Shown piece after piece: positions 1 through 12,665 of a DNA stretch of 64,000 bases (the stretch's first letter is position 1; each line of letters opens with the position of its first letter). The notes under the pieces were generated by a model. That model was not told the DNA's origin. It worked only from the letters and a program-made list of their open reading frames with translations, and made no database searches. The stretch covers positions 1,240,001 through 1,304,000 of the forward strand of contig JAYWIR010000012.1 of the NCBI GenBank assembly GCA_036172245.1, read 5' to 3'. This DNA is from Raillietiella orientalis (lineage: Eukaryota). Both the position numbers and the translations under genes were made by a program.

Positions 1-3000
1 TGACAACAACTGAATGTCTCCCAGATAGATAAGATCCGTCTCACTGAGAATCAGTCATCTGTTATTAGTGGATATATCACTGGGAAGGAAGAAAGCAGAG
101 TTCTGGATACCCGAGAGCAGATTACAACAAGCGGATTCTGTGTAAGTTCGTTAGGCTATTTGTCACCGCCGTCTGGCCTCGCTTACGATGATAACTTCGG
201 GTCAGAATGAGCACAAAGTGGAGGATGCCATCAAGGAAACTGGTAGGAACAGGAAGCTTGCTGATAAGAACCGGGCAGTAAGATACTCTGATGTCGAGAT
301 GAATGATTGGGGAATTCTGGGCTTCGTATTTATTCATGAATTTCCATGAAGGACTTTTTACGTGTGGCTTGGAGAGCGTTTGTCATCCGCACCGAAGGAA
401 TTCCTCCCTTCGCCTCCGAGTTTTCCTCCGCTTCTTGTCGCCGTGGCACCGCGAGTGCAAGTGACACCACATGCGGGTCTCCGATCCAGAAGAATATCTG
501 GAAAAGATTCCGTTTCGGAACGACTGCTTGCAGAAAGGGCAGACGATGAGCAAGGATGGAACAGTCAGTTTATTATCTGAAGATGAAAGCAGTCGGTGTG
601 TTCCGTTATGGAACTCTTCGACGAGGACCACAGTAAACGTCAAACGTACTCCATAAAGTGCAGCATCAATTAATATGATGTAACTAAGGAAACTCGAACT
701 CCCAGAATCGGTCTATTTGGCGTCAGCACTGAAACGGCGACGGCCTTTGTGTTCCTTCTCCCAGATGGAGGCTGGATGGCTGCCGCAGAGCCTTCGCTGC
801 TGTGCGCAGAGCACTAAACCCGAACTGTTCCTATCTGTTACGGTCTATACATCAGATACTTGCGAATCCATCTGATCGGAAAAAAACAATAAATAAAGAG
901 GCGAGCCCTCGTTGCTAAGCGTAGATCAGAAAATGATGCTGCTGTGTGCGGGAAAAAGACGAAACGCTTCCGGGAAAGCGAATCTCTTCGTTCGAACGCG
1001 ATTCGCATCAGGCTGGAGCAAAGCGGCGGCATCCGTCCGGAAAGGCAGTCCTGAACCTTCCCAGCCGAAAGTACACGTTCCGGAGGCCTCACGGGATGCG
1101 CGAGTGGCCTTCCGGCGGTGGGTAAGAAGCGTGCGATGGAATGGCCCTGTTCTTCGCCTTCCGGAAACCCTGCGGAGGAAGGGAGGGGGGGAGGGGAGCT
1201 CCGAAAGCATCGAAAATCCAGAGCGAGCCCCCTACCATCGCACACGTGCCTGCAAGTCGCGCGCGTCGACCCGCGCGCCGCGGCCTCTGTGACGGGGAAG
1301 TCCGGCGCGAAGGCATCTCCGAAATTAAAAGCCGGCATGGGCGGATGCGGGAGAAAAGAACTTCACCGGTGATTCACGAAACCGCCCGAAACCCTTTTCC
1401 TATCGTCCAAGAGCTGCCGTCAAACAGGGAACTCTAGGGGACAAATCCAGGAAGGAAGGCAAGGGAAGCGTGCCTTTTGCACGTGTGATCACCTCAGATA
1501 TCGGATTCAGGATGCAGGAACCCGAGGCGTAGTACATCAATCAGAGCACCGGCCACGGAAGGAAAAGCGCGTGCAAACAGAGGCACAAGAAGATGATGGC
1601 AGGGTAATTTCGCCGAGTGCTTTCCGCTCGGTGCGGATGAGTGCAAAGGATAACCGGCCGCTGCGTTGTCGGGAGACGATGCCAAGAGACTTGGCGCAGG
1701 CACCAGTTGCTCCGTTCCCGCTTTGCCTTTTCTTCCCTCTGGTGTAGTGATTCGGGGCGCGCGTGCTTAAAGCGAAGGTCATGCCCTCTTTTTCTCGGAG
1801 GTCCGTGGCATGCCGTCCACGCCGTCGGATGCTCAAGTGTGGCCAGGCGGCCACCTCGCGTGCACGCAAATGTCTCCTGGGCGCTCTTCAAGGTCAGACG
1901 TCTTGTCTCCTACCTGGGGAACAGTCTCCCTTGTCTCCTAGAGGTAAATGGAAAGAGCATCCCACCGCGAGGGCTCTTGAAGGGATTCTCTTTCTGTTTC
2001 CCGTTCCATCCCCCGCGTGCAGGAATGTCACACGTGGGTGTGTCGCGCGATCTTTGTCGACGTCTTGTGCCGCCTTCCTCAGAAAGCGCTCCTACTTTGC
2101 ATGCCCCGAAGGCCAAATGTGAAGATGAAGGTGATTAACCAGGAAGCCTTGTGGTGACGAGGCTCTCAACTGGAGTGCAAAACCAAGAAACGCTGAAGAG
2201 CAAAACAAGCAAGCAGCCAGGGCGTTAGCGAATCGCAGAGTAGCCTCTCACGTTCCTCTCCACTTCTTCGTGCACCAACCATTCAAGGCCTCTCACCCTT
2301 CTCTCATCTAGTCTGCCACCCCTTCTCACCATCTCGTTTCATCTTCCAGGGGCGCAAACCTTTGCAGAGGAGCATGCCAAGGTATCCTGATAACTCATCC
2401 CGACAACTCATTGCTGAGGTTACCGGTCACGAGGGGTGTGCTGTTGTTTTGTGACTCCAAAAAGGAAAACGAACGAAAGTCTCCCGAAACGGGCCGCTTT
2501 CTTCTTCTCTGACCTCACGAGCACAACAACCGATCATTTTCTGTCCCTTCTTCTCGAAAGCTCTCTTGTCCTTGCTGGGGGAGTGAAGGGAAAGAAGAGG
2601 AGGGAAAACTCTGGAATGAGCACAGAGCGCTGCACCTTAGCTGTCGCCCGGACGGAGCAGCTGCTGGTAAGAGAAGCGCGAAAGGTTCGGGAGAATCAGT
2701 GACGAGCTTGTTGGAAATGGACCCGGAAGCGCAGAGAGGTCACCACTGTCCATGAGGGCGCTGCGCACCGGAACCAGTTGCGACACGCAACGATTGGAAG
2801 ATCGGGAAGCAACGACGCTACAGAAAAGCATTCGAGGAGCTAGAGTGGCAACTATCAAGGGGGGAAGGAGAGAGGAATCAGTTGTGGCATCCCTTTGCTC
2901 TTCCCTGCATCATGGAGCAATGGTTACCAAGAAGCCGTCAGCGTTGACTTGTCAGATTCAAGCCTTCGAGCGCAAATTCGGTAGAGGTCGTTTACGGAAT

Positions 3001-6000
3001 TCCAGAAGAAGAAGACCGAGGACTGAACCGAAGACGTCGCACTCTCTGCCGTGAGAGGGCATCTTGAAAATTTCCATACGTCCGTTCATCCTGAAGTGTT
3101 GATGACTCCAGTGACCACTTCTCTCTTCAGTAGAAGCAGCTGCGCTTCGCCACATGGGTCCCCATCGGTTATTCGTGGATCTTCTAGAGACGTCTTCTCG
3201 AGAGCGGATCACTTGACGCGGAATGATGACGGACGAGATCGCTCCGAGGTGTATGGACGAGCGGATGGGCAGAAGCGCAGCGTGGAAACTCGGGAAGATT
3301 CGCCGGCTGCCGATCTGGCCACGGCTTAAAAAACCGCCGCAAGTGAGAAGGAGGAGGAGTTTGAAGCTGCAGCATCTTCAAAAGGTCCTTGGTTCTTAGA
3401 AGGAAGATAACTACAAGGAAATGAAGACATCTATCCTGCCTACTGCACAGAGGAGCCTGCAAACTATGGTTCCATGCATCCTCTTTGGATATTAAGACCA
3501 CAGAGCATGCAATCCAAAGTCGTGGTTTAAAGACGTTCTAAAAGGATGTGACACCATCTCAACAGAGCTGCTGATAGATGCACATCACGAGCAAAGCAGT
3601 TTTCCCACGCTTCTTTTGACATCATCCATCGTCATCCTTACCTGTGATGTCATCTGGTGTTCCTGTTTTGTAGCCAGTCGCTCAGGGACCCTTATTTAAA
3701 AATAGAAAAAGTTTGCTGGAGGTGCACACCAGCTCGGCTTCTAAGGGAGTAGGAAGTGGGAGGGAGAGGTCAACGAATAAAGTAAGCGGAATGCCTCAGG
3801 GCAAACAGGAGGAGAGAAAAGGGATATGGGTCTTTGGTTTCAGCTGCCCTTTTTTTCCTAGAGCTGATGCTTAATTCTGACAATCTCCCTGGAAACTTTT
3901 TCTTGCAGGTAAGGCCGTCGTGCAGTCGTCTCCATCAAGGCGGATGTTATTCGAGTGGTCTCCCTTCCCTGAGAACGAGATTCCATCACGGAGCATGCTG
4001 CGGCAATGGCGCGGATGCAGCATCTCGTTGCCATCATGGCTCCTGTCGTCAGCCCGCTTCGCGTGAAGAAGCGCTGCGGCGAGTCCAAAGAGTGTCGAAG
4101 AGTTTCGTACTCCGAATGGCAGAGCGTCGAGGCTGCTCTCCCCCAAACGTCCGCGGAGGCACCGCAGTCTAGCAAGATTCCATCCTCCTGCACCTGGAAC
4201 TGCTCGTGGAGGCAACTCCGTTGGGAACCAGGCTTGGCCTGCAGAAACAGCAGAACATCTCACTTTCACCGCAGTGGGAACACGGAGATGTCCGCACACG
4301 AGGAAAGGACCGCGAGTCCATCGAGGGGTACACCAAGCAGGTCGCAACACCGAAGGAGTCCCTTCGCCCGTGAACGAAGAGAGGCACCGTCCACCAAATC
4401 TCTCGTCTTGCTGTCGTCGTGGTGTTTCTGGACTCCTGAGATGTTGCACGAGAACTCCATCCCGCCGATTGGCTACTGTCATTTCTTGCCCTCAGGGCAA
4501 ACAGTGCTGCGGCGAGGGGCGAGACGGCTATCCGGGACAAGGAGTTCACTCCTGCAAGATTTCTTCCAGCGGCTTGCATGAGAGATTCCTTAGCAGACGA
4601 AGTTCTTCTGGGCTCACTTCCAAAGTGGTCGCCCGGGACTTCAGTGCCTCCTGCCGCCAGGCATCTTTGTTTGGGAGAGAAGGCGTGTTTTTGTAGGCAG
4701 AAGCAAAGGCACAGACTGAGTCACCTTTCGTGCCAAGAACTGGGCATGTAAACTTTCCAAGGGATCAAGTAAACCTGCAGGCACCCCGGACAGTGGTGCG
4801 AGCGAGCAGCTGGACGGCGATAGAAGACGTCTCGAATGTTCTAACGGCTGTCGCTTTCTTTCACCTTAGAGAACACTGTTCAGTGCGTTTGACGCTCAGC
4901 GAGATGGGCGTCTGCCGGGGACGGAGGTGTACTCCACCTTTAAATGAGAGGGACGGTGGTATTCGAGGCGGGTGGTATCAGGGAGGAATGGAATTGTGAG
5001 AGTTTTGACTTGCAAATCCTCTCGAGCTTCTCATTCATCTGATGAAACCATCAACGTTACCAAATGGAAAAAGGTGACCAATGGATAATCGTGACGACTT
5101 CAGGAGCATCTTCACGGAGTGATTACTCACAAAAACGTGCCGCCGAAACTGAAAAGATATTTGGAAACGCTGAAGATTTCGAAACCCAATCTTTCGAGGG
5201 GACTCCTTAGACCCTCTTGTCCCAAAAGCATCGTCGGAGATGCTCCTGGAGTCGCTTCCCGCTGTTATGGGGATGCATTGCTTGCCGAGATGTGTAATCC
5301 CGGCATCGGCACAAGTTTCTCCAAAGGCTCAACGCCTGCCCATGGGGAGCTCACCCGGCCCCACCAGTGGCCGCCTGCGAAAAATGCAAATGGACTGCAG
5401 TGCAGAACTGCTCCAGATGGGAGTCCAAGGATAGCGGCCTCAGTTTACATTACTCTTTACACCCTGAGTTGCAAAGAAACCGTCGATTTCTGGCTGTCAA
5501 GGACAGGATCGATTTGGTATCAGATCTTGCTACAAACTGGAGCTGCAGCAGCTACCCCGGGTTAATTGAAAGAGGAAACACGAAACTGTTACTGAAGATG
5601 AATGGGCCATGAGCATCGTTTCATAGGAAGAAAGAGAGGAAAAAAAACGGGCTGCCGCCATCATTCGAAGTCACAGCCTTTCGTTCTTGGAGACAGATCA
5701 ATGGAAGCCCCAAGAAGCCCAAGTCCTCTTTATGTGTCAGTCATTTTGTCTACTCGTGCAACGTGTGCTCAGTCAGAATTTTCGGGGATCCGAGCGAGCA
5801 CGCGCGAAGCGCCATTTGCAGATGCAATTTTGAGAAACGGCTGGAATGACCCCATCAAAAGGATCACAAATCGCACGTCCATCGGGAATTCCATCGTTTC
5901 GCATTCACGTGAGGAGGAATTTCTATTGGATTACAAATTTCTTGTCTGTGAAATTCCTTCCATGGTTCCCATGGTATTTTTCTTCAGTGACCAAGTCATA

Positions 6001-7851
6001 ATCCTGCCGTGGGATCCCCCGATTCCTACGATCCATGCAAAGGCTCGTCCGTGCTCCAGAGAAGAAGGGGCACAGGGAGACACGGGAAGAGGTGCCCAAA
6101 GCTCCAGACCGACGGCGGATGTGCCCGCAGCTCCCGGCGACGGGCGGCACGCCTTCCTGCCATAGGCGCCGCTGCACTTCTGAGTGAGCAAGCTTTGCCA
6201 GTCGCGAAAGACCGCATCCATCCTCACGCGACCAGCCATCGAGTTCCTCCTCCCGTCGCCAAAGGCTTCTTCGCAGCCTCCGGGAGCAGCAAATTGGCGA
6301 ACGCAAGTTCAGTGCCTTCCTTCGTTCCCCAGGCGCTGCTCTCTCTGCTTTCCGTTCCAAAAGCTCGCGCCTCTAGGTGACTCAAGCCCGTGTCACGAGA
6401 TTACCAGGTCCGGCGCGACCACGCCACCAGCCATGGCGGCCCCCCACCTGCCCGGAAGCCCTTTGAGCCGCCTCCAACAGTTGGCTTTACTATGCTTAGG
6501 TCGTGTCCCACTCCGCACCTCTCGGTTCCTCCGGCGACCTCACGCAACAACGGCAGCACCTCATGCTTCCAGTTCAAGGGTAACACCGAAGTGCTCCAAC
6601 ACAAAAAAGGGGTCGCTGGTCCCTCGGAGGTGCACTCAGAGGTTCTCTCTACCGACGTGGTCCCTTCGCGTGAGAACGAGGTGTGGCGGTTTCCATTAAG
6701 TCGCTCGTCTTTCAGTCGCCCTGGGAGTTTCGCAACTCCCGCAGTGGTGCCGGAGAACTCCCACCCCTTCCGGATGGCAACTGATCCTGAGCAGTCGTAG
6801 TTCAGTGCATCTTTTCCTCTTCTACCATCAGACAGATGTTTCTTGGTGGCTATTGTAGAAACGTCTGAAGAATCGCTTTCCCTCGGAGCCCAGTGCAAAA
6901 ACAGCAACATCTCGTGCTTCCCGCTGGGTGGACCCCTGTGGAACACTTTCAGTGTTCCCACTGAGCTGGAGCACGGAGGTGCTCACGCACAGTGGACCAA
7001 TAGTTTCTTCAGGGGACACATTCAACAGCTCTCACCGCCGAAGCTGTCCGTTCTCCCGGGAAAGAACCGTGGGCCGGGGAACGGAGGAGCAGCGTGTTCT
7101 TCAAAGTGGCGACGCGTGGGTCTGCGAGACTCTCCCCAGAGCTTCTGACCGTGGGCCCTGTAACTCATTCCCAAATCAAAAGCGAAATGTCACAGGAGCA
7201 GAACAGACGCATAGCAGTTGGCAATCCTGATTCAAGTTTTCCGATTTTCTTCGTGGGATTGGGAAGCACTGCATTGCCCGGAGAGGAGCCCGCCCTTCCC
7301 AAATGACGGGCAGTTCTCCGGCGGGAACGCAAGCAAAGAGCGCGCCTTCCAGCTTTTTCCCTGGGCTGCCAGAGCATCCCGTCGTTTTTACAGCGTTCAT
7401 TTAGGCCACTTTTTTTCCTCTTCATCTTAGCCTATTAAATAATTGATATCGCAAATTGTTTTATTAAGGAGTCATTAAGCATTTTACTTTTATACGGAGC
7501 GATCTCAAATGATTTGTTTATGGTCTCTTCTCTCTCTCGAGTCTCACGTGAGAAGCGCGCTGCAATTAAATCAGGTAATTGCGCCGAGACTGCTGCGCTC
7601 CTTCCCGCTCGGAAATTTCCCGGCGCTGCCCATCAACTGTCACGTTCTCCGCCCAGCGCGGTCCACCAGGTGTTCACCTGAGCGCGGCTGCTGCCCTCCA
7701 CCCCCAGACCGCACGCTGCCGGGCATTCCGGTCGGCCGGCCCTCTCACGGAACAGCAGCACGCTGGACGGCGACGCACGTCCTGGATGGACAGTCCGTCC
7801 GGCGTCCCCTGCGTGGCCAGCCACCACCTCTTTTACTTTATCGCTTATCAT

Positions 7852-7882
7852 CACTACTACTACTAGTAGTAGCAGTAGCATT
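7852..7882. repeat. (TAC)n/(TAG)n microsatellite forming a palindrome
   Basis: CTACTACTAGTAGTAG at 7857-7872 is a perfect 16-bp palindrome. Confidence 0.8.
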
Positions 7883-10800
7883 ATAATGTTTTCCCTCTCC
7901 TCTCCCGGCAGGCGTTCTCTGGAGCGGTGAGACGCCACAGTGTTCTCAGCATCCAATCCGTGTTGTGTTCCTCCTGTGCCTGGCATAAATTCGTTTATTG
8001 CTTATTTCTTTTCGGAAAATTATAGCCGACAACCTCGTTTCTCTTAGTGTCCTTATTATTAGTTTTTAAATCGAAGTTCTCAAGGAATAAAAAAAGGACT
8101 TCACGGCGCAATCAACATCGAGTGCACGAGGGGGAATGTTTCAAAGAGGAACACCGGCCTCATGGTAGCGGAGTGCGACGGGAAGCACTTGGAGGAGGCG
8201 AACGTAATTTTCTCCTTGCAGAACCTGGAACCGGAGTGGGACGAAGGCGCGTCAAGTGCTTTCGATGATCACATTTGTTCCTCCGAAACCTGGATTTTTT
8301 TTCCCTTCTTCTTCCTAGGTGCCACACGCTGCAAGGGAATCCTGGATTCGCTCCGGGAACTTATGAGGCGCGGAGAAGGGAGTGTTGGGATTTCATCTCG
8401 GGGAGATCATAGGCAGAGGAGCCGCGACTTCCCGAGCGCGCGGAATCTCCGTCTGCAAAGGGATGATCCATCATCACTGAAACTGAAGCGGGAACATTCG
8501 GAACACATCAGACACCCCCTTTATAAAATGCGAGGACTTCATCTGAAGCTCATTCCTCCATTTTTCTTCCCACCTCGGTGGAGGTGCAGTCGCTTCATCA
8601 CTTCGGAACTCCATTCATCTGGGAAAGACGCAGCAACAGCAGCAAAGTCGAGCACGTGACGAGAAGGAATTCGGGCGCGGCAAAAGCTCATCCGAGGAGG
8701 AAATCCTGTGTGGCTCCAGGCACGAGCTCATCAGGAAAGGCAAACAGTGGGCGAAGAGTCTCGGACTCTGGGTCTACCCGAGTCCCCGTACCCAGCCTTC
8801 ATGAAACGATCCTTCAAAGCTGGTTTCGGGAGCTGCTGAAGGAGGAGTCCTCAAAAGGTGCTCCCCTGATCAAGGATTGGGGGGGAGGGGTGATCAAAGA
8901 GTTCTTCACAAAGAGCTCTTCACGTGAAGAACATGGGCGATAGAGGTGAGGTGGCAGGGACTTCAGGGACCGGATTCCTTCCAAAGCTGCGCTCCCGCCA
9001 ACTTTGCCACCAGAACAGGAGCAGCATGGGGGAGTCCGCCTCCCGCGTTTCCAGAGTTCGCCGACGAGTGACGCCGTAGAATATTCTGAAAGCTCTGAAG
9101 CAGCACAGATGATTCATTGTGACTCTCGATACGCGGAGGAATTTCCTCCGTCCGAGGAAAGAGTCAGCACCGTTTCTGCTTAGTCGTTCACTCTTCGCTT
9201 CCTCTTTCATGTCGGGTGATGGGAAGGAAGAGAATGGGGATGCCTGATTCGTTGTGCTTACTCGAAACGTTCTTCCGCTCTTTGCTTCCGTTGATGAAAA
9301 GCGCCAGCCGCATAGCCTTTATTCCGCAGACACGGCGAGTTCACTGCCGCCGTTTTCTGAGCGGACCTGTTACTGCGGGACTTTCGCATGCTCGGGAAGA
9401 CTGACGCCGTTGTTCCAGGGAGAGCTTGTTGCAGCGCTGAAAAGTCGCCGAATGGAACGCTGCCGAAACATCTCCATTTGTGCGGACTCCGGCAAGAACC
9501 ATCGCTTATGGGGATCCGCTTGTATTCGCCACGGGAGAGACTTTCGGAAACATAAGCGAAGGACTTGCGCTTCACGGAAGACATCTGCTAGCGGTGCGCC
9601 GCAATCGTATGGCGCTATTGTCTCCAATTACTTTAATCACCATCCAGCCATTTGTATCTCGCTGTTGCTACCGCGACTTCATTAGTGGACAGGGTCACGT
9701 GGTGTTTACATCTGCCATCTGATTTTCCAGCTGATGCTGGTCGACTATCGAGAATTCACGCTGTGATCGTAAACAGTCGAAGTCCACGCCATCTTCAGAT
9801 TAAAGGTCATGAGGGAATTCAAGGAGGCAGGCGGCATTTTTTTAGAAAGAAGCAAGAAATCCCAGAAGTTGAAGGGGCAGTTTTATTGAAAACCTCATCG
9901 CATGGACATTTTCCACACTGGGATGTCACGAGTAGATCAAAGTTTCCACCCACGCATCGAAAGTTCCATAGTGTAAACGCCTTCTTGCTTCTCTTGAGGA
10001 TGGCATCCAAGTAGTGGCATCAGCTTTAGAAAAATTAAGCCTCTAGTAAGCTGCAGTATTGATCGTTTTGGGCGAAAACCAAGGAACCAAACGGAGAGAC
10101 AGGAGCACTTTTCCGTCACCGCTTCATTGCTCCGGAAAGATAGCGCTTCGCCTTCCACCACCAGTGATAGTGCCACCTGAAAGATTGCCACCACCAAGAA
10201 TATTTTCTCCAGGATATACTCCCATCGACTCGAGGAACTCTTCTTGCTACACTGGTCTCCCGTGCTTCAGACGCCTTTTGGTCGTGACGTTCTTCATGCT
10301 GCTGACCTGTCTGTTAGCACACTAAGACTTTCGCCGGCATTGTGGTGCAGGTGCTGCAGTCTGGTTCTTTCTCTTCTGCCAGCGAAGCGGCCGATCCGAT
10401 GAGGCGCGGGCATCTGTCACCTTCCTTCCAGGATGCCGTGGGCGAGCAGAGCGCTGCGCCCTTTCGCAGCCTGCGACTCCTGTAACGTACTCGCACTTTT
10501 ACTTCCGGAGCGGGATGCTGCAAGCGGAGGAGCTCTCTGAGGATCCTTATCGTTTCGGTGGCAAATACGAGTGGATCAGCGATGGGAATGCCCCAGGGAG
10601 AGGGGGGAGATAGCATGGGTTTCATCCGAACCAGTACTTATCTTTTAATAGAACCATTCCCTGAAATATCAGAACGACCTATCCCGATATGAAAGACATC
10701 GCGCGCCTCGCCTGATGAGGAAGCGGGTGGATGCGGCGAGGGAGACGGCTAGCCTCGCCTCCCCCCCCCTTTTTTCCGGAGTCCGTCTGCTCGAATCGCG

Positions 10801-12635
10801 GATTCCGCGGGATACGCTGTAGGGATCCGGGATCGCTTCCACGTCGGTATGCCGAGTCGCTCGGGAAGCACGGAGGTTCACGAAAGGGCGGCATTTTTAT
10901 TCGACTACGGTTTTTAGCGGCGGCGATTATTCAATGCTGGAACTTTCTGCTTTCGCATCCCATCGATCCATCCGTGCCGCTCAGGATGCCATAATTGTCC
11001 CTGAAATGATGGCTCGCAATTCCTGCCAGCCGCCGCGCCGCTCCTGAACACGAAATCCTAATTCCCGTGGCTCTTAATTTCAGGGAATGGGATGCAGGAG
11101 CGGAGGCATCGCGAAAAGACGCAGACTAACCGGAGCAGAATGGGACGGTGTCCTCCAAAAGTCCCATGACCGGGGCAACTCCCATCGTGCCCTGCCGCGT
11201 GCCCTCTCATTCGGATCCGGCCCCCTTGCGTGTGCCGCTGGAGCTCGAGGGCCACCTTTAGGCTGGAGGGCGTCGTCCTCTCCCGAGACCCACACGAACG
11301 TCCCCACGAGGAGCGGTTCCCCCCTGCACTCCTTCGGCCGGCTGGTCTCACGAAGACTCGAGGCGGGGAGGACGAAGCGCTCGCTCCTCGTGGTGAGGGG
11401 GAAGAAGGGGCGTCTCTGTGAGATGCGAGCCTAAGAAAAACCCTCCCCCTCCTTGGCAAATCTTTCCATTTTCTTGCGTAGACTTAGCAGCAGAAATGCC
11501 AAATCTTCTGCTTCTCTTCTAGAACAAAGATTGAACGACCTAGAAGGAATATGGGAGATTTCGGGAGAGGGTAAATCATTGGACATGATTTTCTTCAAGG
11601 CTGTTGGCGACAATAACCGCGAAGACGATACAAGAGAGCACGAAGAGAGCTCAGCTGCGCATCCGAATGATTGGCTGGCATCGCCCATCTTAATCTTCAT
11701 TTTCCAGGGTTTCTGATCCCTCGTTAGATGAGGAGATTTTCCTGCTGCTGCGAGCGTGGACCGAAGTTTCCACACGTGGCGAGTCATTCGAGCTGGAGGA
11801 CAAACCGTCACCGCAGTCATGGAAGCTGCTGACGCGCTGGAGACGAGCCGCTACGTGGAAGGGGAAAGAGGCGTGGGGTCGGACAAGGGAAGAGCAGATG
11901 GGGACTTTCAGTGTCAAAGTTTCCCTTCGAAGCCTTTGCTTTGCTTCCGTCTCTCGTAGTGGGCGAAATTTGGCCCCCAGCCGTAGAAACGCGGAGGTGC
12001 ACACCGGTGCACTAGCAGGCGACACGAGAATCCAAGTGATCACTCTGAAATGCCCCGCATCAGCCACTGGCAACCACCCTCTCCTTTTATGGAATCCATC
12101 CCTTGTTCCACGGTTTCCTGTTTGCTCTTTCGACTGTCTATATTTAACAAGCATTCACATGTGGATGGCGTTGGTATGTAGCTCATGTACGCGCTTAATA
12201 TATTCACGTACAACTTTATGCTTACTTTATACTTACGGGCACGTGAGTGCAAGCACGCATGCAGTTTGGTTGCATGCACACGTCTGTGAGCTCCATGCAT
12301 GCACCTGTAAGGAAAGCACACGTAATACAGGAAAAGAGTAACATACACATGTGAGTGTTTAGGTACTCATGAGAATTGCAGATTCCTAGGTGTGAAGTAC
12401 CTTGGTGGCTTGCCGACTCCCGTTCCCGGCTGCAGAGAGCTTTCAAAGTTTGCTTGATGACGCCCAAGGTAGCGGCGGAAGGCGCATTTTGAGTTACGGA
12501 TGGCGTGTGGAGAGAAAATGTCGCCAAGATTTATTGGTTAATATCTTAATCAGACCAGTGATCTTCGCAGAGCTAGAACGGTTGCTCTGCACAGCTTCGA
12601 CAGTTCTTCGACAGAATCTAATCTTATCTGACACG

Positions 12636-12665
12636 TGTTTGTTGTTATTGTTGTTGTTGTGTTTT
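12636..12665. repeat. Imperfect (TTG)n microsatellite
   Basis: gtttgttgttattgttgttgttgtgtttt. Confidence 0.8.
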
